A stretch of DNA of 64,000 bases from Octopus vulgaris. Its lineage: Eukaryota. The stretch is from positions 5,766,001 to 5,830,000 of the forward strand of contig OX597833.1 in the NCBI GenBank assembly GCA_951406725.2, in the 5' to 3' direction. The notes under the pieces are model-generated. The model was not told the DNA's origin. It saw nothing but the letters and a program-made list of their open reading frames with translations, and did no database searches. The translations under genes and the position numbers were made by a program. Below, piece after piece: positions 14,587-28,339 of the stretch. How positions within the stretch are numbered: position 1 is the stretch's first letter; each line of letters opens with the position of its first letter.

Positions 14587-14612
14587 TATATATATGCGTG
14601 TATATATATATA

Positions 14613-15024
<412 letters not shown>

Positions 15025-16496
15025 CTGTGTGTGTGTGTTTAAAGATATACTCCCTTAACTACTTTCAGCTTGAAAGCTGCGGTCATGCTGGGGCACTGGC
15101 GTTATATTCTTTTATGGAACAATAGATCGTGAAGCCCAAAAACCTACAAAGAATTGCATATGAAAATTGGGTTGAAGAACTCTTTTGGATAGAAAAAGTC
15201 GATGGCTGCTCATGGGACACGAACCCACATCTCCCGTAGACATGGCAGACGTTCAACGGTTGTTCCAAAACAATCCTTCCAGAGTCTCTATCCATTTTAG
15301 AAATTGTATTCTTACTGAGAATTGTTGACGTCGTAAATTTATAAACCTTCGAGAGAACCAGAAAGAATTCTTTTTCGAAGCACTGGATCTCGAAGCACAT
15401 AAAGCTATAAATATAACTCGTTGGCATGTACCATGCTTACGCTAATTGTTTTAAACGCCTATGTAGCTGCGAGCAAACATAGACATCATTTTGGCCTTCG
15501 AACACTTGGTTCAGTTCAGCGGCACATCCAGTGTGTGACAGCTGGGGGCAGAGAAGATGGTACATCGCGTGGGTGAGAGCTGGAGTCAGAGAGGCCGACA
15601 CCAACGCTCATCTGGTAATAATTTCCATCCAGCTAGACTGCAGTGAAGAGAAATGGAGTAGGCGGGTCGAATGAAGTTTTTTGCTCAAGGGTAGAACAAA
15701 TCTTGTAGCCCAGAAAGGCAACAGCCTTATCGTGAATCCAAAGCACTTATGACTAGGAAACGCATTTCTTGTGCTTCTTATATGTGTAATTTGGTATATC
15801 AAGAACTTTTACGACGTTTTTAAAGTACTTTCTGCTACAGGCTTCCTTCTCTCTTTGTTGCTGCATCGCCGAAATGTAACGTATATCATTCTTCTGTAGC
15901 TTTAATATTCCACTGTAGTGCGTCTCACACTTGAACGGGCAGGAGATATTCATTGAGCACAAGTACACTGGAAGGAATGCTGTGTGCGAGTGCGCGTGCG
16001 TGTGTATATACGCAGGCGACAGAGAGAGAGAGAGGAAGATTTAGAATGTATCCTTATGCAAAAAAAAAGAGTCAAAACATGAATAAAATGCTGCACTTTT
16101 GCAATATTATATAAATTTCCTTAAATTTTAAAAATATTTTTAGAAATTTATTTTATTAATTTTTTACGAATTTATCATTTTTAATCACATTTTTTATTAC
16201 ATGTTTTTCTAAGAGAAAAAGGAAAAAAATATTTTTATTTCGTTATTTACAATTGTTGTTCTGTACTTTAACAGTACAATATCAACGTGAATTGAATCCG
16301 AAACCCCCGTATATACTAAACAAAGATATTACGGTTCCCCCCCCCCGCCCAATATCAAATAAAACGAGTGGCCTAGTGGTCAGAGTGCTGGTTTCATGAT
16401 CATATGGTCGCCGGTTCAATTCTTGAAATGGGCGGTGTGTTGTATTCTCTAGCAAGGCACTTCATTCCCAGCTCTAATGAATATCAATTATCTGAT

Positions 16497-16688
16497 CTTC
16501 CCAGCTCTAATGAATGGTCAGGTGGACAAGTACCACTGGTCTTCCCAGCTCTAATGAATGGTCAGGTGGACAAGTACCACTGGTCTTCCCAGCTCTAATG
16601 AATGGTCAGGTGGACAAGTACCACTGGTCTTCCCAGCTCTAATGAATGGTCAGGTGGACAAGTACCACTGGTCTTCCCAGCTCTAATG
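16497..16688. repeat. 44-bp minisatellite (4 identical units plus a partial) inside an old SINE
   Basis: cttcccagctctaatgaatggtcaggtggacaagtaccactggt starts at 16497, 16541, 16585, 16629 and (partial) 16673. Confidence 0.95.
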
Positions 16689-17171
16689 ATTATCAAATAT
16701 CAGTACTGGCACAACCCCTTCTCTCTCTCTCCATCTCTCTGTCCCTCTGTTCTTATCTCTCTTTCCTTCTCTCACTCTAGATGTCACATCTTGAAGGTTC
16801 ATTTGGCCCAAAGCCGAGGTTGCCCTCTGAGTCTCTGTTTCTGCTCACGACCACATTGCGAAGGCATGATACATGTTTCCATGTTATAGTCTGCTCGTTA
16901 GTGAGGGCTGCCACTGCATAGTCGCAATATTCAGATATCTTCGAAAAATGTCACGAAGGACACCTTCAAACGCTGCCAAGGACTTGTTCTCTTTGAAGTG
17001 TAGAAGCAGCACTACTGTACGAAGAACAGTGGTGTAATTTCATTCAAAACTTCCATATACAAGAAATTTGTTCAAATGAGCCACTTGTAGAAATACGTAT
17101 GTATGTATGTATGTATGTATGTATGTATGTATGTATGTATGTATGTATGTATGTTCATATACAAACATATA

Positions 17172-17879
17172 CAGGGTGCGATGAATAAATTGTCGTCTAA
17201 GTTACGCAACACTGACATCTCATTTTAACAGATATATTTACCAAAATTACATAAAAATATCTTGGAATACTAAAGAGTAAATTTATTCAATAATATCGCC
17301 ATTGGCTTCAAACACAGCCTCCAGACAAATTTGGAATCACTTGCAAGTCTTCTGGACGGTCTCCTTAATTAAACTGGTGAATGCTGTCATAATCCTCGCC
17401 TTCAGTTCATCTTTGGTGTGACAAGGAATTTTGTTAGTTCCTTGCTCAACTGCGCCCCACACATAATAATTTAGGGGTTACAGTCTGGGGAGTTAGGTGG
17501 CCAGATGTTAGGGGTGATGTGGTTGCAGAAATTGTCTGACTGCCATGACTGGGTTCTCCTGCTTGTGCGGCATGGTGCAGAGTGCTGTTGCCAGACATAG
17601 GGTCTTCTAGCAGCCACCCTCTTGACCCAGGGCAGCACTGCGTCCTCCAGGCACTTCATGTAGACTCCCGTGTTGAGTGTGAGGCCGTGTGGGAAGATGA
17701 AAAGAGGTATAACGTCGCCATCACTAGTGATTACTCCATGTTTTGGGGACAAGGCAAGCCAATGGTTGTTCCGTGTGTTCACCATCTGATCCTGGCAGAA
17801 AAATTCCTTGTCTGAGAAAAACCAAAACATGTTCGGTTGGAGGGGATGCTTGAGCTCGTTCAAAAACTTCGTGGGCGCG

Positions 17880-17880
<1 letters not shown>
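17172..17880 (-). mobile_element. Tc1/mariner superfamily DD37D (maT-type) transposase fragment with one TIR
   Basis: FFSDKE..., VWQQ(H)SAPC...WPPNSPDCNP: 37 positions separate the (both mutated) second and third catalytic sites; terminus TA|CAGGGTGCG at 17172. Confidence 0.85.
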
Positions 17881-17923
<43 letters not shown>

Positions 17924-18071
17924 AAAACACAAACACACGCACAAACACACACACACACAAACACACATACGCACACACATACACACACATACACACACAT
18001 ACCCCCCCACACACACACCTCACACACGCACGCACACACACACACACACGCGCACATACACACACACACAA

Positions 18072-18102
<31 letters not shown>

Positions 18103-18133
18103 AACACACACACACACACACAACACATACACA

Positions 18134-18175
<42 letters not shown>

Positions 18176-18177
<2 letters not shown>

Positions 18178-18362
18178 AGTGCTGAAAGGTTTCTGGCTTT
18201 ATGGGTGTTGCGAAAGGCCTGGCTGGAGGCTCAACCTTCCGAGTTCTTTTACAGGGTTAAGGAAAACTGAAGGAACCCTGCAACAAGTGTGTGAAACAGA
18301 GAGAGGAATATGTCGAATAAAATCGTAATAAACTGATCCAGGAGTTTTTCAGTATCCCTTCA
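18176..18362 (+). mobile_element. Short mariner-derived MITE
   Basis: TIR-like gtgctgaaaggtttctgg / ccaggagtttttcagtat; internal remnant KCV...EYVE of the mariner C-terminus. Confidence 0.6.
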
Positions 18363-18374
18363 TATATATATATA

Positions 18375-18890
18375 CTAGCAGTATCGCCCGGCGTTGCTCG
18401 GGTTTGTAAGGGAAATAACTATATAAGCATTTTTAGAGAGTTACTTCCCTTATAGATGCCAATTCGGGCTTTCTTAGCCATTTCTGTTTTGGTGTCTTCA
18501 AGCCGTGAAGTCGTTGTTCTAAAAGAACGCTGGTCTCCTTGACAACGCTTTACGACGTTGATTTCCTTACACTCCCTTCCCCACAGCTTCACGAGGGAGG
18601 GAAGAAGGGGGAGAAGCAAACAAGGTGCAGGTGTTTGAGCGTGGACGCCAACTCTGCCGCCATCGACACACGAAAGATTATGCATTAAAATGGAATAAAA
18701 AATGATGTTAAATTATTTTCAAAATCGTAGACTCATCGTAGACGCGCGCTAATACTCAGACGGGCTCGATATGAATCACGACTATAAGATACCCGGTTTT
18801 GGTTAAACTGCACCGCAAAATGTGGGAGTAGTTAGGAATCTAAATCGAAGGGGACAGACACTCACACAACTACAGTTTTATATACATAGA
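18375..18890 (-). mobile_element. Non-autonomous Helitron (copy 2)
   Basis: Reverse complement of 4543-5048 with A|TC...CTAG|T boundaries. Confidence 0.88.
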
Positions 18891-19164
18891 TATGAGCATG
18901 TGCGTGTATGTTTGTGTAGGGATAAATAGGACAAGCATAGAAATAAAAACTGAAAAATTCAATATCGCACAAACGGTGAATCAGGTCAGAAACATTTATT
19001 GAAGAGTAAAAAAAAAAAAAAAAAAAAAAAAAGAAAATGCAAATCGAATTTCTGAAGTGTCGCGTGCTATTTATGGCATCACAACAAAAATGCTTTTTAC
19101 GTAGATATTAGATACCTTGAATTCGATTGTTTCACATGCATCATTAAAAAAAAAAAACACACAA

Positions 19165-19570
19165 CGCAGGAGTGGCTGTGTGGTAAGTAGCTTGCTAACC
19201 AACCACATGGTTCCGGGTTCAGTCCCACTGCGTGGCATCTTGGGTAAGTGTCCTCTGCTATAGCCCCGGGCCGACCAATGCCTTGTGAGTGGATTTGGTA
19301 GACGGAAACTGAAAGAAGCCTGTCGTATATATGTATGTGTGTATATGTTTGTGTGTCTGTGTTTGTCCCCCTAGCATTGCTTGACAACCGATGCTGGTGT
19401 GTTTACGTCCCCCGTAACTTAGCGGTTCGGCAAAAGAGACCGATAGAATAAGTACTGGGCTTCCAAAGAATAAGTCCCGGGGTCGATTTGCTCGACTAAA
19501 GGCGGTGCTCCAGCATGGCCGCAGTCGAATGACTGAAACAAGTAAGAGAAGTAAAAGAGAGTAAAGAGTA
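19165..19570 (+). mobile_element. SINE family A
   Basis: Full-length match to the 12320 copy. Confidence 0.9.
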
Positions 19571-19589
19571 ACCTTCAAGCTTAATACTG

Positions 19590-20030
19590 AGTTAAAATTT
19601 TGGCACAAGGCCTGAAATTTGAGGGGAGGGGCCCAGTCGATTTCATCGACCCCAGTATTCAACTGCTTTTAATTCTATCGACCTTGAAAGGATGGACGGC
19701 ATAGTCAACCTCGGTGGTGAGCTGGCAGAAACGTTAGCACGCCGGTCGAAATGCTTAACGGTACTTCGTCTGCCGCTACGTTTTGAGTTCAAATTCCGCC
19801 GAGGTCAACTTTGCCTTTCATTCTTTTCGGGTCGATAAATTAAGTACCAGTCACGCACTGGGGTCGATGCAATCAACTTAATCCGTTTGTCTATCCTTGT
19901 TTATCCCCTCTGTGTTTAGCCCCTTGTGGGTAATAAAGAAATAGGTATTTGAACTTAGAACGTAAAGACGGACGAAATGTAGTGAAGCATGTTTCCCCGG
20001 CATGCTGACAACAATGCCGGCTAGCCGCCC
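19590..20030. mobile_element. Nested SINE family B copies (plus-strand copy ~19717-19942 inside a minus-strand copy)
   Basis: Host gtcaacctcggtg...tttgaacttagaacg is interrupted by gtgagctggcagaaacg...aaagaaata. Confidence 0.75.
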
Positions 20031-20047
20031 TTTCCGAGTTTAATATT

Positions 20048-20600
20048 AAGAAATAGATCCTAAGGGAATCTTACGAAAAATATGGTGGTTTTTATCGGTC
20101 GAATAACAATCTAAAGCGCTAATTTTCATAGTTGTCAGTCATCTCAAATTTCGCTGTTTCAAAAATATATATTTAGAAAAAAATCCATAGACTTGCAAGC
20201 TTAAAATTAAGAAATAAACCCTAACAGATCCTCATGAAATATGCGAAGGATTTTATCTATCGAGTTAGGATAACTCAAAGAGCTTCTTTTCATAGGTGCC
20301 AGCCATTTTAACTTTCGATGTTTTACAAGCAGCCATTTAACATTTATAAATGTAAAAGACAAATAAACAAACTAATATCAAGAATTAAGCCCCGGGGATT
20401 CCAAATTAAAAATATGGTGGTTTTCATCTGCCAAGCAACGGTAATTTAAAACGTTACTTTTTATGCATATCAACAATTTTAAATCTTGATATTTTTACAC
20501 ATATATAATCTTAAAAATCCAGAAGATTATTAATCTAGCAATATGAAAAAAGACCCGAGGGATGCCTCCTGAAATATGCGGTGGTTCTTATCTGCCGCAA
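20048..20600. repeat. Degenerate ~165-bp tandem array (about 3.5 units)
   Basis: aagaa(a/t)ta..ccc....gat.c..aaatatg..g..tt.atc recurs near 20048, 20209, 20380 and 20545. Confidence 0.7.
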
Positions 20601-21219
20601 GTAATAAAAGCGTTTGAATGCAGCACGAAACCGACTGACTAAAACGGACTTAAAACTAGAACGATAGTATTACGTTTGTCGGGAGTTCCTTTCAAGTAAG
20701 AACATGTCCGAGAGACAGTGGAAAGTATGTTTTATTTTCATCTATTTATTTATTTTGGCTGATTGATACACCTTTGAATAGAGTCAGACAGGTGAGAAAA
20801 TTGATCACTTCTTTTCATGGTAACCACATCGAATAATCAAAGATCGTTCAACATTCATGATAATTAACGGGATGGGGGGATGTTGGTCGTCACTCGCTTC
20901 TGGCTTCATATCTTATTAATGGCGAATAGCACAAACTCTCTCACACTCGTCCGCACAGGTGCATGTCTATACATCCATATTCACGAATACACACACACAC
21001 ACACACACACCACATATACACACACACACGCATATACATATCTACACACATACATATATATATATATATACATACCTTCGTATATTTTATTAATGCAGAA
21101 TAAACAAACACTCGTACACACAAGTACACATGTACACATACCTACGTACACACAGATATGTCTGTCGGTCTGCCAGTCTGTCAGTCTGTCTGTATGTGTA
21201 TGCATATACTCATACGTAC

Positions 21220-21259
<40 letters not shown>

Positions 21260-21265
21260 AGATAG

Positions 21266-21302
<37 letters not shown>

Positions 21303-21454
21303 TATGTATTGTTTCGGTAGTCTTCGTAATTTTTATCAAAAGGGTTTTGACTTGATGTTTATACGCTATAATTTATAGCTTTTTCTGCTTCAGGTTTCCC
21401 CCGTTGCAATATATATTTTTGCTAAAATGTCTTATTGACGAGTTTCGTTTTTTC

Positions 21455-21541
21455 ACTTCTCTGAAGAGAAGATTGCATTCTTTTATACCATTTATTCTTT
21501 TGAATAATATCAGTGAAATCTTCGAAACATGTGTCGGAAGT
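21455..21541 (+). ncRNA. Type I hammerhead ribozyme, intact core
   Basis: Stem I acttct/ggaagt; CTGAAGA; stem II gaagatt/aatcttc with a long loop; GAAA; stem III A-cat-gtg-T; GUC site (predicted cleavage after 21535). Confidence 0.85.
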
Positions 21542-21706
21542 AAAAGTATTTGATTTATACCTGCGTTAAACTCCATTTATATATATATATATATATATCA
21601 TATATATATATATATATGTACATATATAATGCATACGTACAAACATATATACACGCACATATTCACATATAAATATATAGTCTATGGGAAATTGAATATT
21701 AGCAAT

Positions 21707-21763
21707 TCGGTTATAGTCACTCCGAAGTTTCTCGTCGTCCATCTTCAGACCCCTATTATCCGG
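21707..21763 (-). ncRNA. Mutated type I hammerhead motif
   Basis: gggt CTGAAGA tggacgacga GAAA cttcggag TG actat; H17 is G and stem II is mismatched; stem I extends imperfectly. Confidence 0.55.
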
Positions 21764-22131
21764 AGATCGAATCGACAACGGGGAACTGGAAGTAATAATA
21801 AGGAAGTAGTCAGACGCACCGAGGAATACAGCTGGTATTAGTCAACAACAAGAAGTCTAAAGGTAGAAAGAATACTCTAATTAACCATCAGATAATTCTA
21901 ACAGAGCCTGTGTATTTGCATTATTAAGTTAATCTCTATAGGTTTTCGATAAAATTCAGAGCGACTTTTGCAAGTACCGACGTTTCGCAAACGAATATAT
22001 CTATATAAAGAATGCGATCGAAGACCTATTGCTCTTTCATCAGCACTAATGTGTGCACATAAGGTGACTGGATGGCTGGTTGGTTAGATGGCTGGCTGAC
22101 TGGCTGGTTGGTTTATGAGCTGGATGTGGAA

Positions 22132-22168
22132 CTGATGAAAGAGCAATTAATCTTGAAATGTGCATGTA
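22132..22168 (+). ncRNA. Hammerhead core with eroded stem I, plus an inverted relic at 22021-22043
   Basis: CTGATGA aaga gcaattaa tctt GAAA tgtgcatg TA; perfect 16-bp inverted match to 22028-22043. Confidence 0.55.
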
Positions 22169-22466
22169 CACCAATCACCAAAATTTTTCTAGCTTTGATC
22201 GCACTGTTACGTCGCAACTCATATTGCTGAGTCTAAATTCTATTAAAAAAATCTTTAGAGATAAATTTAAAAGTTAGCATATTGCATTGCTAACACAAGG
22301 TGAAGCACCATATTGACTTGTGAACCTGTACTATGCCTGATAGTATATTATGGTTGCGAAATGAAATACTGTGTCCAGCAATTAATATTTACGTATCACT
22401 TGCAAAGAATGTGTTGTTTTGTACACCTGTATGTGTTGAGTGGCATGCACTTTTGTATGTATGTAT

Positions 22467-22527
<61 letters not shown>

Positions 22528-22593
22528 CATACATACATACATACATACATACATACATACATACATACATACATACATACATACATACATACA

Positions 22594-22627
<34 letters not shown>

Positions 22628-22797
22628 CATACATACATATATACATACATACATACATATATACATACATACATACATATATACATACATACATACATAT
22701 ATGCATACATTCATACATACATACATACATACATACATACATGAATACATACATACACACATACATTCATACATACATACATACATACATACATACA

Positions 22798-22831
<34 letters not shown>

Positions 22832-23405
22832 CATACCTACATACATATATACATACATACATATATACATACATACATACATATATACATACATACATAC
22901 ATATATACATACATACATACATATATGCATACATTCATACATACATACATACATACATACATACATACATACATACATACATACACACACTTACATACAT
23001 ACACACATACATACATACATACATACATACACACATACATACATACACACATACATACATACACACATACATACATACACACATACATACATACATACAT
23101 ACATACATACATACATACATACATACATACATACATGCACATTCAGGCGTTAGTGCGAAACGTCTTTCCTGAATGGGTGAATGAACTCCACAACGCATAT
23201 ATATATATATATTTGTAATTGTTTCTGTTGAGTGTCCAATAAAACATGTTTGTGGCGATCAACGCCGGGCTATCGACTGACCAAGGTCTTCCCCAACCTT
23301 CTCGCTTCCTTCCATCATTCTGCACTGCTGTTCGTCTCTCCTCGCCTGTGACGTCCAATGGATGTAATGCGACATTTCAGTAATGCTGACTTTTTTTTAT
23401 GCCAG

Positions 23406-23443
<38 letters not shown>

Positions 23444-23566
23444 TTTGTCTTCTTTTGAACAGCCGCTGGTGGTCAACTGGTCAATACCGTTACTGATGGG
23501 AAAGCTTTTGGCTGTAGTAGCCAGTACGTAAGTACATACATACATACATACATACATACATGCATG

Positions 23567-23600
<34 letters not shown>

Positions 23601-23743
23601 TATAAATATGTGTGTGTGTGTGTGTGTGTGTGTGTATAAAAAATAAGTAAATGAGTGGAAATTTTACCGGTGAGTGTGTTAAATGATAAGGCACTAAAAG
23701 AGAATGACTCTCCCCAGACACAACAGTATATGTGTGTGTATAC

Positions 23744-23803
<60 letters not shown>

Positions 23804-23807
<4 letters not shown>

Positions 23808-23999
23808 GAAAGAATGGAGTTGAACGACGAATTAACAAAATTCCATTATTTTCGACATATGTTTCGAAGGCTGCATATTCCTAATTTCGAAGGAATAAGG
23901 GGTGCATTATGCTGCCTTCTCATCAGGAAAAACAAGGAACTTATGTCAGCATCAAGATGCACAAATACTTTTAGATGACTGCCCACACGGAGCCCATAG

Positions 24000-24001
<2 letters not shown>
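23804..24001 (-). mobile_element. Short HHR-bearing element inserted in (TA)n (copy 1)
   Basis: Non-repetitive ~200 bp between two (TA)n tracts; a highly similar copy lies at 63123-63376. Confidence 0.85.
23849..23931 (-). ncRNA. Type I hammerhead ribozyme, intact core
   Basis: ttttc CTGATGA gaaggc-a-gcata...tatgc-a-gccttc GAAA catatg TC gaaaa; palindromic stem III ACATATGT; GUC site (predicted cleavage between 23854 and 23853). Confidence 0.9.
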
Positions 24002-24048
<47 letters not shown>

Positions 24049-24146
24049 ACACATAGATATACATATATATATGTATATACATATACCTACATACACACTC
24101 ATATGCATATATAAGTAAATATACATATATATATATGTATGTATAC

Positions 24147-24186
<40 letters not shown>

Positions 24187-24690
24187 ATAAACATATATAT
24201 ATACATGGACAACCAGCTAGCTAAGTAGGAATGCATACATATATATATATATGCGTGTTTATATATACATATATACGCACATATACATAACTGTCTCTGC
24301 CTTTCTCTTTCTCTCTCTGTCTATAAATATATACATATATTTGTGGGGGGGGGGTGCGCGCGTTCATACATGAATGGCTCGGATCTCATCTTGTTTCCAA
24401 TATCGAATATTAACACTCGTACAGCAAACGTATTGTGTGGTATTGATTTTGTTGTTGTTGTGTACGGGGGGAGCTCCGTTTGAATAGATTAATCTCGTTC
24501 TGGTGCAATATTCTCTGGGAAAGCCCTCTTCCATAAATTCGCAACTTTACTGCATAATCTCTTCAACCCACGCTTTCTGCCCTCAACAATCATCTTCCGT
24601 TATAAAACCGTTGAGCGGTTTTACAGTGAAGCCGTGTGATTCTTTACAAATACTAGTTACACCTTGATACACCTGATAACCAGGTCAATA

Positions 24691-25107
24691 TACTCTTTAC
24701 TCTCTTTTACTCCTTTACTTGTTTCAGTCATTTGACTGCGGCCATGCTGGAGTACCGCCTTTAATCGAGCAACTCGACCCCGGGACATATTCTTTGGAAG
24801 CCCAGTACTTATTCTATCGGTCTCTTTTGCCGAACCGCTAAGTGACGGGGACGTAAACACACCAGCATCGGTTGTCAAGCAATGCTAGGGGGACAAGCAC
24901 AGACACACAAACACACACACATACATATATATATACATATATCCGACAGGCTTCTTTCAGTTTCCGTCTTCCAAATCCACTCACAAGACATTGGTCGGCC
25001 CGAGGCTATAGCAGAAGACACTTGCCCAAGATGCCACGCAGTGGGACTGAACCCGGAACCATGTGGTTGGTTAGCAAGCTACTTACCACACAGCCACTCC
25101 TGCGCCT
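24691..25107 (-). mobile_element. SINE family A
   Basis: Reverse-complement full-length match. Confidence 0.9.
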
Positions 25108-26462
25108 ATGATTTTTTTCATACAATGTTTCTTCTAACTTATACTTCCAGTGTATTAACGAAGAGGCTACACTCTGGATTTCGGTCACTGTTTCCCAACA
25201 GCACCCCTCATTCATCCAGCTGGCTTCCTTCCTCAACATAAATGTCTTAAGGACTTTAAATGTCAGTATAAATAGTAATATTGTTAAAAAAAATATTTGA
25301 AATATATACGAGTACTTTTGACTTACTGAATTCCATTACGGCAGCCGTAACCTTTGTTTTTCCCTCTTCTCACTTTTAATATGGTAATATATTGCGGTCG
25401 CCCTCTCTCATGTTGTCCTTTATAATAAATAATTTTTTGGCATTTTAGTAAGGCTTGGTACTTCTGTGACCCATGTGTAGGGATAAAATATGCTGCTTTC
25501 TTTCTAATTATGTCAAGCTATCACCAAATTCCTGCAATGTTCTTAGATTTCTCACAGTAATATTTTGTAACCGGAAATTGACGAACACAACACCAAATTT
25601 TTTCTGTTCAATTGTTTGTTCATCTGGTTTAATTTTGTGAACTTCACCGTGGTCCTAGAGGAACAAGTTTAAGCAAGCTAAATATATTTTTTCTGCATCA
25701 GATTTTAACATGAAATTCTTTGGCATTTTTTAAAAACCAAGCGAATTGCTTCGTTCTTTGCAGCGGTTTTTGTCTCCGCTAAACAACCTCGCATATCAGT
25801 TTTCCGGTTTCTCAGAACTTACTGATATAGCTTAGAAAGTTTTTGCTTCCAAAATATTAACTTTCATATTAATACTTAATGATCAAGCATCTGTTTAGTG
25901 CTTTCACTTCCTACCGTTTTTCCAGCGCCGTTCCCAAAACATTGTCATTGATACCATAGGTTAAGGAAAATTGAGTCGGTTCTCGTCTATCTAACCCTAT
26001 AGAGCATTCGGGACCAGTGCTATATACTAGGTAAAGTTTGCGATCGTCCAGGGTTTTATAATTGGGGGACAGCATAAATAACATACCTAAAATTTCTTAA
26101 TCCACTTAAAAACACGTACACTTAGCAATAAAGAAAACAGGTGAGGTCAATTTCGGAACATGAAAGTTGGAAGACACGGACATGAAGGATATGAATGTTG
26201 GGGAAAGTAAGGAGGGAAGAGTCACATGATTTGGTGTGAAACATTTCTTCACAGGCACAGATTTACCCAGTGATATTCAGGATCCTAAATCCATAAATTA
26301 CTTTTCTGTGTCTCTGTCGATCTCTGGTTTTCTCTCTGTCTCTCCCCTTCTATCTACCTATTTCATCTCTTTCCCTGTCTACCTCTCTCTCTCTCTCTCA
26401 TTTTCTTTCTGTCTTTTTATCTCTTTGTTTTCTAATCTCTCAAATTGTCTATCTCTTTCCAC

Positions 26463-26512
<50 letters not shown>

Positions 26513-26841
26513 ACTCTCTCTCCCAAGTTAACTATTTTCGATTGCATTTTCCGGCCGGTTTAATGAAGATGGTGGCTGAATGATATACAAAATAGCTGGA
26601 GAAGGAGGCGCCCCTTATAGGACTGAGAGAAAGGGGGCACACGGAATTGTACAATGGTGTTTAATCCGCTGAAGGAAGAAGCATGTCATCTGGCGTTTCA
26701 GATGATATGGAAAACAGAATTAATAAAGATACGGAAAACAGAAATAGCAGAGAGAAGAAAACTGTATGATACCATAAAAGCTGTTTGTTCCCATGGTACC
26801 TTTCTTTCCATTAATGATCTTAGATTTCCTTTCTGTCTCGT

Positions 26842-26886
<45 letters not shown>

Positions 26887-26908
26887 TACCTCTTTATATC
26901 CTTACGCC

Positions 26909-27095
<187 letters not shown>

Positions 27096-27187
27096 CACAC
27101 ACACACTCACACACACACACACACTCACACCACACACACACACACACACACTCACACACACACACATACACACACACATTTATATAT

Positions 27188-27400
27188 AGGCACAGGCGTG
27201 GCTGTGTGGTAAAAAGCTTGCTTCCCAACCACATGGTTCCGTGTTCAGTCTAACTACATGGCACCTTGGGCACGTGTCTTCTACTATAGCAACTGGCTGA
27301 TTAAAACCCTTGCCGATTCAGTCGACAAACTGTTCTTCAAGGCAGTGCCCCATCTTGGCCGCAGTCTAATGACTGAAACACGTAAAAGATAAAAGATATA
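27188..27400 (+). mobile_element. Older, internally deleted SINE family A
   Basis: aggcacaggcgtggctgtgtggtaa...gactgaaacacgtaaaagat. Confidence 0.75.
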
Positions 27401-27826
27401 TATAAACAGTAAAGCGAGTATTTATTTTATCGACTTAAATCCTTAAAATCCTTTAAAATGTTTCAGCCCGAGAGCCACGGCCAAGCTGGAGAATAATTTG
27501 ATCGACCCCAGCACGCAATTGGTACTTAATTCATCGACCCCCGAAAGGATGAAAGGCAAAGTCGGCCTCAGCGGAATTTGAACTCAGAACGTAAAGACAG
27601 GCATTTCGCCCGGTGTGCTAACGATTCTGCCAGCTCGCCGCCTTATGTCGCAAGAATGTTAATATAAAAACAGCCACCATTCATTCGTTTGTCCCACCTT
27701 CACTCCACCTTCTCCAGTGTGAAAGCTGAATAATAGATACCACCTGACTTTCTCAGCTTCTTTTAAATTACTTGCGCTTCCTTCATTAACTGTGGCCACG
27801 CCATAACATCTGGAGCTAGTAGTAGT

Positions 27827-27925
<99 letters not shown>

Positions 27926-27937
27926 TGTAGTAGTTGT

Positions 27938-27968
<31 letters not shown>

Positions 27969-27979
27969 GCAGTAGTAGT

Positions 27980-28020
<41 letters not shown>

Positions 28021-28243
28021 TAGTAGTAGTACACTTGCACCAAGAGAACTCTTTTAGTAAGGGCAACGATGGGATTATGACAACTATATCATATCTCATT
28101 AAAGGTAAGATGCTGAACAAAACCAATTCCAGTTGAAGATTGCTGCCAATTTTCTTTAGAAATCCTAGCACTGAATAATCTCTTGTAGTCTTATTTTAAC
28201 TTTCAATTCCGTGAAAACTAAAACGTTGCGAGTGAAACGTTTC

Positions 28244-28339
28244 TTTTCGAATTGTCTTCTTTTCGAATTGTCTTCTTTTCGAATTGTCTTCTTTTCGAAT
28301 TGTCTTCTTTTCGAATTGTCTTCTTTTCGAATTGTCTTC
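28244..28339. repeat. 16-bp tandem repeat, 6 units (ttttcgaattgtcttc)
   Basis: Six exact units counted; on the minus strand they are flanked by CTGAC and GAAACGTTTC. Confidence 0.95.

Noticed and set aside
15130-15900. Possible CR1/L2-group LINE relic on the minus strand (IQFLKW...STGDVGSCPM)
   Set aside because: Similarity is too weak to support without a profile search.
16497-16688. CRISPR-like repeat array
   Set aside because: Intervening sequences are identical, there are no cas genes, and the context is eukaryotic; it is a minisatellite.
25130-25570. Possible BEL/Pao RT relic on the minus strand (AAYFIPTHG)
   Set aside because: Only one weak motif by eye; it needs a tBLASTx/HMM hit.
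27659-28171. 170-aa minus-strand ORF with non-repetitive ends
   Set aside because: Its length comes from triplet repeats, and the flanking peptides show no recognisable domain or clear splice structure.
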